64,000 nt of DNA from Lytechinus pictus (lineage: Eukaryota). Both the position numbers and the translations under genes were made by a program. Shown here one piece after another: positions 12,653-24,600 of the stretch; the first letter of the stretch is position 1, and each line of letters begins with the position of its first letter. The notes below the pieces were generated by a model. The model made no database searches and had not been told where the DNA came from. It worked only from the letters and a program-made list of their open reading frames with translations. The stretch lies in contig NC_087251.1 in the NCBI RefSeq assembly GCF_037042905.1, positions 22,384,001 to 22,448,000 of the forward strand. Reading direction: 5' to 3'.

Positions 12653-15600
12653 CTGAATTGACGAAACAAACAACATAATTACCAATCTTACCTGTTATAT
12701 ATCAAATTGGATGTTTGAACCTTAAAATTTGACATGATTATGTGCGAGAAAGGTAAATGGCCAAAAAAACTACATAGGTCACAGGTTATGTAAAAATCTT
12801 TCGGACCTCGACCTCAAGAGTGTAGGCATATTTGTTAAACGTAAGAAAACGAAATTTTAAAAATGAAAAGCGAAGGAAATACACTTTCAGACTCGGAAAT
12901 GGTCCTGTAAAAAAAGATTATGAAGTTTCTATGAAATTACACTGCGATGTCGAAATATAGAGCAAAAAAAGCGGTCGTCAGTGATTCTCCCAGATATACA
13001 TGAACACTTCTGTTCATCCCTTCATACTCAACTACATACCTTCATAGTTGACCAAACCGTCACCATTCTTGTCACATTCCTTGATCAATTGATCAGCTTT
13101 CTCTTTAGACATGTTGATACAAGCCTCGCCCAAAGCCTCTCGCAACTCCTTAGCACTGAGCAAGAAAATAATCAATTATTATTTATTAAAATATTTTCAA
13201 TTTCTTAATTGTTATCAGCATCATCATCAAAACAGATGGCTTATGTGTAGTGTGGAAAGTAAAACGATTCAAGCAGTACGCCTGTTTGACAACTAAAACA
13301 GTTTTCTAATGCCTATTCCACAAAAAAGTCACCTTTTTTTCTTTATGGTCGGAAGAGCTCGCTCGTCACCCCCAACCCCCTTCCCATCCCCGGATCCGTG
13401 CAAGGTGATTACAGATAACTAAGAGTGGGTAGCTTGGTGGAGTTAGCTGAATCATCAAAAATATAAATTGCAAATACAGAAACTGAAGAAAATAATTAAG
13501 AAGAGGAAAAAGGGGGAAATGGAAGGAGAAGGATCAAGAATAGGGGGAAGAATATATTATAAATAAGAAGAAGTAGAAGTAGAAGTAGAAGTAGAAGTAG
13601 TAGTAGTAGTGGTAGTAGCAGTAGTAGCAGAAGAAGAAGAAGACGAAAAAGGAAAGAAAGAAAGAAAGAAAAAAAGAGGGAGAAGGGAGGAACAAAATGA
13701 AAGGGAAAAAGGGGGTAATCTATCCCAAAATTAGATTTTTGTACTTAAAGATCAAACTTTTTGTTAGCTCGCTTTTTACCTCGCAACCTTTACAATTTTC
13801 TCCCGCTACGCCAAGTCTGGGCCCCCTCAAAATGTCTGCCCCTTCCCAAATCTCTGTCTAGCTCACCTGATACAACCGTTGTCATCTTTGTCAAGTGTTT
13901 TGAAACATCCTCGAATATCCTCTTCACTGTATGTGGATTCCGCTTGTGGTATCATCATCAAAAATTCTTCAAAATCAATTTTTCCGTCGTCTAGTAGAAG
14001 AAAATATCAAAAGTTTCAATATGAATTCATGTTTTCTGGGTTTCCGTTCCAAATAAAAAAATATACCAGGGGCAACATATATAAGCGGGCGGGAAATGGT
14101 GGGGCGGCTATGGACGTAACATGCATATACGGCTCCACCTCCCCAAGAAAAGAGTGGGAGGACAAATTATTTTATTAGAAGGCATATAATATAAAAAGTT
14201 ATCTATCTTTTCACCAATGATTCCACGCGCACGATTAAATTTGCAATTTCCCTATGCATAGCATTCAAGAGTGTTATAGCTTTCTGAAAGAAAAAAAATA
14301 TTTGCAAATGTTTGTAAGAGGTTTGATAGAAATTTGACAAGCAAAAAGAGGGCTTCACTACAAACTGAATGTCATTTTGGTTACGAGAAATTTGACTCCA
14401 AATTTGACAAGCCAAAAAAAGGAGTTTCACTCATTTTTGTAATATTTTTCAATTTCTGAACACCTAAACGAAATTACAGGGGCTGCTGCTAATGGAGAAT
14501 AACACACGCAGCACAGGAGGGGGGGGGGGGTGCCTTCATTGACGAGTTCATCATGACAAGAAACACACGTGTAAAAATGGTATATATTTCGCTATGAAGG
14601 CTACGTGTTCAGGTCGAACAGTAATGTGCAAGTACAAGTGTGCTCAACAGCTATTTATTTCCTATGCAATACTTTTATGTACATGCACACATCTAGGATA
14701 ATAAAATGTTTTAAAGTTTAAAGAGATGTTAGTATCCCGCAATTAGTAACCATCTGGAATAAAACTATTGGAAGTTGGTTTCAACTGATTTGAGTAGATA
14801 TAGGTGTCAACATTTACCCCAAAAATCTTAGGATGAATACGGGGTGGGAAAAGTGGTTTTTTCAAGGTAAAAGGTCAATGACCTTTTTAAATATACTGTA
14901 TAATGGTATCTCCCAGATAAAATATTACAGAATGGTGATCATGGTGTCAAAATGCTTGTAAGAATCTGTGCATTTTGACACCATGATCACCAACCTGCGC
15001 CTTTTCATCTCAGAGATACCATTATACAGTATATATTTGACCTTGAAAAAATACTTTCCCACCCCGTATTCCTTAGTTTTTTGGTAAATGTCGACTCAAA
15101 TAGTTGAAAAACCATTTCCAATAATTTTATTCCAGATTGGCTATTTTGGGGTCTAATTTAGGGATACTATGTCTGATCATACTATCTTCAAATGTGCTCA
15201 ATACCTGGACTATATATTAAGCAGTTTAATTATCATTAAGTGGTGTTAAATTATCATTGTATTTGATGTTTTTTACCTGCAAGTATTCATGAAAGTTATA
15301 TAAGGTCATGAAATTTCTGGAAGGGATTAACATAATATTTCATCCCATTTTCATGGAATCAAATCAAATACAAAGTTAACTGCAAGCTTACTCATCAGTT
15401 GTATTTGTTTGCTTCTCTGATGTAAATGTAACTCAAATGTGCATATATACATATTGGAAAAAAATTGCCGGGAGATAGTGCTGTTAAACTATCGCTGTAG
15501 GCCTACTCTGGTTCAGGGGGGTCAAATTAAGGGAATACTTGTCAAGGGTACCGTTTTGCTTCCAATACTTGTTAAGCGGTGCATATTCAGAACATCAAAA

Positions 15601-18600
15601 GAATACTTATATGGTGCTTCTCGAAACCCCATGGACCGTGATGGACGCACATGATATCTACTCGTCAATGGATGCACCCCTCCCCCTCCCTCACGAAAAT
15701 ATTGGGGGTGCTTCAGCAGGGCTATACTGTGGGGCCCTAATATACGTGCGTGGAATATTAATTAAGAGGAAACCCTGATCATATTTTTTTTATAAGCAGG
15801 GGTGGCGGGGGGCCTTAAATTCCCCGTAGGAAAAACAAAATGGAAAGTGCTATTTCTTCAAAATGAAATGTGCCCTTTAAAGACCCTTTTCAAAATGAAA
15901 TATCCTTTTTGAAGTATAATACAAAATATATTTTCGGTTCCAAAATCGCACATTTTTAGCTCGCGCTTTGCGCTCGTATCAACTATGTTTAGTAAAGCCC
16001 CTTTCACAATTGACGTATTACCATTTGCGACCTTTGGTCGGCTGCAACAGGCATCAATTGCTATTCATCTCATAAGATCGCACAGAGGCTTTCACAAATG
16101 CAAAAGCTGTCGTCAGTGGCGTACCTGTGATTTTTCACAGGGGGGGGCAAAACCGTCCGCCAAAAAATTTGACAAGGCAAAAAAAAAAAAAAAGGTCTTC
16201 AATCACAAATGTACGGAGCCCGGGAAGGGACTTGGTAAAAATATTTTTATCTCGTTAAAACGAGATAGTTATCTCGTTTTAATGAGATAGCATCTCGTTA
16301 AAACGACATAGTATCTCGTTTTAATGAGATAGTATCTCGTTAAAACGACATAGTATCTCGTTAAAACGAGATAACTATCTCATTAAAACGAGATACTATG
16401 TCGTTTTAACGAGATACTATCTCATTAAAACGAGATAACTATCTCGTTTTAACGAGATACTATGTCGTTTTAACGAGATACTATCTCATTAAAACGAGAT
16501 ACTATGTCGTTTTAACGAGATACTATCTCATTAAAACGAGATAACTATCTCGTTTTAACGAGATAAAAATATTTTTACCATGTCCCTTCCCGGGCTCCGT
16601 AGAAACCACAACCTTAGAAGAGTTTAATTTAAACCCGAATTCAGTATACGTAATTTGTTGAGGGAGGAATGCCCTTACCCTATTTTCTCTAGGTTTTATT
16701 TCGGAAAAGTTTGATTTGTGTTATAAAAGACAAAATTATAAAATTATCTTGCCCTTTTAATTTCGTGCAGTTTATATTACAATTTTTATTATTTTTTCTG
16801 CCCTCTTTTATTTATTCTTAACCCCTATTTTGTAATACCGAGGAACGGTCGCATACATGCAAATGCAACGGTAGCGCAATGTTGTAAGCCGTGTTGCGAT
16901 CGGTCTTGCAACAGTCTTATTGCCTATATTATAATCGCACCCAGTCGCAAGACTGGTCTCTATAGATCGCTAGCACATGTGCAACTGTTGTACGACCTCC
17001 AGTCGACTAAGTTCAGATGCGACCAGTCACGACCATCGCGAGTTCGTGCGATCGTCTACAACGACTGCGAGTACTCGCAAGACACCAAGAGATCGATCGT
17101 GCAATAAGAAAAAACTGTTGCAGGCGGTCGTAAACTGGACGTATACGTCAATTTTGAAAGGTGCTTAAAGCCCCTTTCACAATTGACGTACGACCTGTTT
17201 ACGACCACCTGCAACAGTTTTTTGTTGTTGTTGCACGATCGATCCCTTGGTGTCTTGCGAGCACTCGCAGTCGTTGTAGACGATCGCACAAACTCGAGGT
17301 GGTCGGAGGTGATCGAGAGGTGGCACAACTAAGTATAGTCGCATTTACTCGACTGGAGGTCGTACAACACTTGCACATGTGCTGGAGACCGTACAGAGAC
17401 CAGTCTTGCGACTGGTTGCGATAATACGAGACTGTTGCAAGACCGATTGGAATTTACGGCCTACTATTTTCCACTACCGTTGCATTAACATGTATGCGAC
17501 CGTTCAGCCCCTTTCACAATTATCGTCCGACCAGTTTACGACCGCCTGCAACAGTTTTTTCATGTTGTTGCACGATCGATCTCTTGGTGTCTTGCGAGCA
17601 CTCGCAGTCGTTGTAGACGGTCGCACGAACTCGAGGTGGTCGCGACTGGTCACATCTGAACTTTGAACATGTTCAAAATCCGAACGCGATCAAATACGAT
17701 CGATTCACTCGCATCAGGCCGTACCCGTGGTCGTACCATCGGTCGGGCGATCATCGTGCGAGTGTTGTTCAACGTTGTACGACTTGGTGCGAGAGGTGGC
17801 ACAACTAAGTAGTCGCATTTACTTGACTGGAGGTCGTGCAACACTTGCACATGTGCAAGCGACCTACATGTACAGAGACCTGTCTTGCGACTGGTTGCGA
17901 TAATAATATGGGCCATAAGACTGTTGGAAGACCGATCGCAACGGCTTACAACATTGCACTACCGTTTCATTCGCATGTATGCGACCGTTCCACTCGCAAT
18001 CTCTCGTGCAACACTCGCATGTGATCGCACGAGCACAATAAGAGCGCGCCACAACTGGGCGTTGTGGCGTGCGCCTGTAATCCAAGCTGTGGGGAAGTTA
18101 CAAATTGATGCAGAGGTTCGAGGTTCGAGCCCTGGTCACGTCTTTCGGATGGTGACGTTAAAGGTCGGTCCCAGACGTAAATAATCATATCTGATTGATA
18201 CACGTCTGACAAAACTCAAATACACACAGAGCATATGCGACTTACTCGTGCAATGGGGTTTACTGGTTGTTTTTGTTGTACGACAGCTGTTGCAACTGTG
18301 AAAGCCTCTGTGCGATCTTATGAGATGACTAGCGATTGATGCCTGTTGCAGCCTGTCGCACGACCAAAAGGTCGCAAATGGTCGTACGTCAATTGTGAAA
18401 GGGGCTTTAGGTACTCGATGTTCTTGGTTATAAAATGTGCTCAGAATTTTCAGTTTTTAAGTTGGAATATCACAAGTTTTTGGCTCGCATCAATTATTGT
18501 TTAGTGAGGTACTCTACATGTTCTTGGTTACAAAAAGTGCTTAGAATGTCCAGTTTTCATATGGGAATATCACGAATTTTCATCTTGCTCTTCATACTTG

Positions 18601-21600
18601 CATTACTTGATTTGTGAGATATGTATCCCATTCATCAGTCACTAAATTCTTAAGTTAGATACACATCTTTTTCATAACAAAAATTTCTCGGAATATTTAA
18701 TTTTCATGGCTTATTTCAGGAAATGTTTAAAAGTTTGAGCTCGCGATTCGCGCTCGCAAAGATGCCATTTTAACAGTAATCAGCGCCATAATTGACCAAG
18801 AAGAAATGTTCACAACTTCAAATTTGAAATTTTCTTTAAAAAAAGCCTGAGTATATATTTTTTTAAACAGAAATCACTTCAAAAAGGCATTGCTCAACTT
18901 AATTCCTACAACACACACAACTACTTCACGCAAATGATCTCATGGTGAAAATATCAGTTTGCTCCAAAATGCCAATTATCACATATAAGTGCCCTTTGGG
19001 GGCTTTGCCCCCCCCCAAAAAAAAAAATACGTTCCATCGCCCATGCTTATAAGCATCATACATGCTTCACAATAAGGCGATCAATTTTCCATATTTTCAA
19101 TTCCCCCCCCCAAAAAAAAAAAATGCAAGCTTACAGTTTTGTTGAAAATCATATTAAATTCACCAAAATTGTGCAAAGTATCCTTCAATCTCACTACAAA
19201 AAAGGTGTCACTGTGGAAAGCTTGCAATTTTCCTCGAAATAAATTTTATAACTCGTATTGGACCCCCTGGACATATTCTCAGTATATACAGACCGAAGTG
19301 CCATCGTAAATTTGTGACTTGAGCCCCTCCAAAAAGATGGACCCCCTTCAGCTGTTTGCCCCCCCCCCTTCCCTGTGATATATTCTATAAAGTAAAGCAA
19401 TCATAATTTGTGGTAAAGAGTAAACATTCATAGTCAAATCAACACCTCACAGTGCCGGGATCATCACTTAAGGACGAACCATATGGATTATGAGTGCTAC
19501 CTACTTGCCATTTTGAAAGAAATCTTACTCATCCGTTTTCTTATATTTTTATAGTGAACTACAGGTCAATCATGCAACTAGATAGGCAAAATCAGAAACA
19601 AGCATTATTTTGTATCATAATCATAGTATGCATGTCATATGATCGTGAAGGGGTGTCTGGAAGAGTTACATGTATATGTATACAAGTTTCACTCATCAGT
19701 TTGCGATTCCTGATATAAATCTTCGTTATGGACTTACTGGTCGTATCGGCTTTTGCTACGTAAACTTTAATTTCCTCCTCAGTTAATCCACATCCACATT
19801 GTTCCAGCGCAGCAAACAGCTCTTTGCTATGGATAGAGCCGTTTTGATCACTGTCAAATGATAAGAATATCCCCCTGCAAACTACAAAAAACAAATTAAC
19901 GATTTCTTATTTAGTACACAGTATAAAGGGAAATTGGGACTTAATCCAAATTTCACCATGACGTCAAGTTTGCTTTCCTAAACGAAAGCCATGGAAACCT
20001 CCCAAAGAACTCACGGCCAAAATCCATAAAGAATAACGAAATTATGGTTCTATCAAGTTCTCATTTTGTGACGTCATATGCCGACAACGCCCTTATAATC
20101 ATATAATTTGATTATTTTTAATCCATCAGAATTCTCAGAAAATTCATTAATTATTTGCTTTTGCATAAATTATATCATCAGACAAGTCAGTAAAACAAAA
20201 TCAAGCAAAATTGTCATCCGTCAATTACACGGTAAACAAAATTTAATAACACGTATGAATTTCTTTTCAAAATGTCAGACACATACACAACATCGATTTC
20301 TATACAAATTATCATCATAAACATTACAAAGTAAAACAAAATTAAACAACATGACTATAGATTTCCACAGAAACGTATTACTATAACAACCGATCGATTA
20401 CTGCGAAGAGATAAACATGTTTAAACAATCAATTCTTATAACAGTATTCAATTTTTCAAACAGAAAATATTAAAGGAATAGTCTCCCTAGCAAATATCTA
20501 ATTTAAATTAGAGAAAAATAAACCAAACTTCATGCTGTTAATAACCTCAAAATAAGATGCAAAATAAGACAGTTATGGTATCTAAAATCTTTGCTTAATT
20601 TCACAAAACAGTGTATCACTATTTGCTTTTTATATTTTGTTATAAGAAGTCATATTTCCATTTTCTCCACATTATTCTTCGAAACAAGAATTGACCCCTC
20701 CCAGAATTCAATTGCCATTTTAATTTAATAAAGTTTTTCCTTGTCAAATCAGCAAAAATTGAAATATTGTGTTATACAAACAATAAAACCTAAAAGAAAT
20801 ACAAAATAAATAGTTATCATTTGCTCCTAACTGCGTTGTGTACTCTAAATTACAGGGATTTAAAATAAGTCCAGATGGACTGTAGCTAGGGACCAATCGA
20901 TTTCTGAATTTAGTTTTAATCCTAACGACTTAAATTTAAATCTCAAATGATTTAAATTTAAATCTTTCGAGATTTAAAAATGAATCTTAAGGATTCAAAC
21001 TAAATCCGGAATTCGATTGGTCCCTAACTACAGTCCATGTGGACTTGTTTTAAATCCCTGTAATTTAGATATAGACAACTATATCTCTTTTTATTCAAAT
21101 TAACCGTTGTTGGGGTGGACTACCTCATCAAACGTTAAATATTCAGTTTAGATTTTAATGAAGACATTTCAATTATCAAAACAATGCACGCGAATAAACT
21201 GGTAAATGAGATTGTATAAAGTGTTTTTACTCCATAAAAATGGGAATCTATTAGATTTAAGACATATGGGGTAGGTGCTCGCATGTGACGTCACAGGGTC
21301 GAAATTTCAAAATTGTGAATAGTTTATCTGATGGCTTATCGCCGGACCTCCATCATTGTGCTTTTATATTTTTTCTGTTTTATTAAAAAAGGACTTGATA
21401 TCGGGATGAACTTCCCCTTAAAGGAGATTTGTTAAACAACAGAGAGACGTGTGACTAATGATTCATATTTGAGCGTTCTAGATTTGCTGTTATATATTTC
21501 AATCTGTCCTAATACCAGACTATTATTTCGTTTCTTTGTTCACGTCAGTGTTGAAATCAAGGCCCAAACCATCAAGGCCGAGGCATAGAAATCCAAGGAC

Positions 21601-24600
21601 AAAGGCCAAGGTGTTATATAAGAAAATTATGATATCAAATTGAATATTTTTCATACGCAAAAAATAAATGCATAAGACTAAGATATTTGATGAGCTGAAG
21701 ATTTCTAATTCTATGAACCATAGGGAAGGCGGGGTAAAATGAGCAATTTTTTGCGTTTTAATGCATTTTAGGACTGATATGACTAAATAATCTTGTAGAA
21801 ATAAGTACCTAACCTTAAAATCTAATTCTTGTGAAATTTTCTACCCCCCCCCACAATGAAATGCACTGTAACCTTTGAAAAAAATGTCAAATGGCTTAAC
21901 TTGCCCCACACGAGGGGTACGTTAAGCCACAAAAACTATGTACGAAAGCTACGGGACAAGAACCATATGACAATTTTGTTTAGTCTTTTCACTTTCTATA
22001 GTTCTCTATAAACACTAACATCCTCTACAAGTAAAACTTGTGAATTTGATTCTTTCTGCCTGCATACGTGTTTTTATATATACATTACCATATGAATTAC
22101 CATGGCTCAACTTGCCCCATGTTTGCCCCATGTTTACCCCAGGCCGAGCTTCATGTGATACGACAAGAATGAGGATCCACACCTGGACTAACAATATTGT
22201 CGTCTTTTGTCCTTATCACATTTAAAGATGCATGTGGGTAAAATGCAATTAATATCTATATTTCACACTTTCTAACTTTTTTGGGGCTGAAATTTGTATT
22301 TTCCCTTTGAAAAACTACTTACTGTTTCAATGTTGAAAACAATGTGGTCGGTTAAGGGTTATGCAATGGGATATCAATATCCCACACTCACAATCACAAT
22401 GTCTGACTCATTCATAATTGGCCTGGGGTGGTGGCTCAACTTACCCCGCCTTCCCCGTATATATATTTTTCACCTGTAAACGAGACACAACATACTATAA
22501 TACAGGAAATTAGGGGAATCGGGGAATTTTTAAATGTGGTTTCCGACAAAACAGTGGTCTTTGATTAAATAGGGCCCATAAATTACATGAGTCATTTTCG
22601 GAATTTGTCTATTTTTTCCATGGACATTCAGGTGATATGAATTCGCACGTGTCCTCACACTTTGGTCTATCATGCTTTTATAACAGGTCTGTGGGCAATA
22701 ATGTTCTTAGAAAATTCTCATGATTCGTATAGAGTAGGCGAGTGAGCAACTGAGCACATGCACAATGAAATTATCAAATCCATCTCAGCTAAATATTGAT
22801 AGGAATAAATTTAGAAAAATAAACAATAACGCTTACAATGTCATAAAATCTGATATAATGTGAAAAAGTAAATGGCATTTTAAAGAAAATTATTATCATT
22901 TTTGGTATCCAACCATAAAGTGTTCCTCAAAATAATAAGAGGAACTCGGGTCCCGTGCATTCGTCATTCGGTCAATCAGTGTGCTCAGATTTGTTTGCTC
23001 ATTTGTTAGGAATTGTGACATTCATGGTTTTCCATAATTATGATTGAATCATTGGATCAGTTGCTATCGTTTTGGATGAGGCCCAGACAATAGGGAGTTT
23101 CCGCAATCACTTCGCACACGCTTCTATAACGCAGAGAATCTTTTGTCAAAAGCCCTTCAATGATAAAACAGACTTTGTCGAAAATCGATGAATCAAAACA
23201 GAAGTGTCGTCCTGGGTAGCGTTTCATGAAAGGATTCGTCGGACGTTTTATCCGACAAGTACCATTTTATCCGACAGTTACTATAGTAACATTGCCTCTC
23301 GGCCAATCAGAATCAAGGAAAGATGTCAGATCTGACAACTTTTCGGACGAAAATGTTGATGAAACGCTGGACTCTGGACAAATGACATTTTCTGAAATTT
23401 TTCGTTCGGTCCGAATCTTCGGACGATTTGCTGTCTCGATCCTTTTAATTTAGAAAAAAAACCTCTCAGCTGTCCTTTGCGATTTGACTTGAACGTCAAA
23501 GGAATAATTGGTGCGTTGTAGAAAGCGTCTTCGAAGTGATTGCAAAAATACGCTATTATTTTTTTGCTCATCGACGTATGGAGGATTCAAGTCAGAGTAA
23601 ATGTATTGAAAATGCCCGTCAAATAACAAAGGCAGTTGGGAGGTCTTTGTCGAAATTTGGTGAACCGCAACAGCCAGTTTCGTCCTAAGCTACTTTCGGT
23701 GCTGAGGAAAAATTGCAATTATGTCGTTCCTCCAGAACTGCCGTTTTGATATTCATCAATTTTCGAGAAAGACCTCTTTGTTTTGCTTTGTCATGCTGGA
23801 CATTTTACAACGTACTTTCAAATGTTACTTACTTTCAATTTCTTCGGCTGTATAAAGAGAAGACGCCTGCATTGGAGCAAGAAGAAAAATAAAACGAAAT
23901 AAATTACTCTAATTTTCATATATTTCTACAAATGCAGACTCTCTATGATAAAATATTGAACATTTTCAAGATATTCCAGAAGGTAAAAGCGGGTTCAAGA
24001 GAAATGTTGATTGTGTATATTGACTCCGATTATCTCGCAGAGCGAGTCAGACAGACCAGACCTAAACATACTGATCAAGCTTGATGGTGGAAGGTCAGTA
24101 ACCTTCGGAAATGGAAACCGAGCACGCAACCAGAAAATAAATATTCGCCTTAAATATTTATGCGTGTTTAGTTTATCAGGGAATTCTTATTAGCAATTTC
24201 CGGCTCTCACAAGGTGGTGTAGGAGGGAGAGGCCCCCTTTTCAGAATTCCAATCATATCTTTTTAATGCATAGCAGTAGAAAAGTGATTAGATGCCCAAT
24301 ACCAGATCGTCACTAGACCTACATTAATCAATAGAAATATGAGGACTAATCATATTCATTTGCATATTAATGAGCGTCAGGAGCCTTATTTGCCCCATCG
24401 AAATGAGGCAAATGAGGCCAGCCCTTGATTAAGAAACTATTTTGTGTTGCTATAAAGTAAAAATGGTTCAGTTGGTTTGATATACAATCACTGAACATTT
24501 AATAGTATATCACAGGATTAATATTTAATTATTTTCATAAAGACCCCATTTAAAGATTTATTTATGAATGCTATCCAATAACATGGAAAGAAATATTGTC

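Larger units (their letters stand above)
15996..18406. mobile_element. Cluster of nested and tandem Harbinger-type MITEs (AGCCCCTTTCACAATTGACGTA TIR family)
   Basis: TIR copies at 15996, ~17140-17165 (reverse), 17169, 17506 and 18385-18406 (reverse); TAA/TTA flanks. Confidence 0.7.

Noticed and set aside
16255..16565. Regular short palindromic repeats resembling a CRISPR array
   Set aside because: No unique spacers, eukaryotic context; it is a minisatellite inside a MITE.
18054..18100. Functional 7SL gene or human Alu contamination
   Set aside because: Only ~45 nt of the Alu domain, no S domain, fused to tRNA-like sequence and TSD-flanked inside a native repeat; several differences from human Alu.
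16977..18212. Overlapping Cys/Arg-rich ORFs
   Set aside because: Translations of palindromic Harbinger MITE sequence with no recognisable domain.
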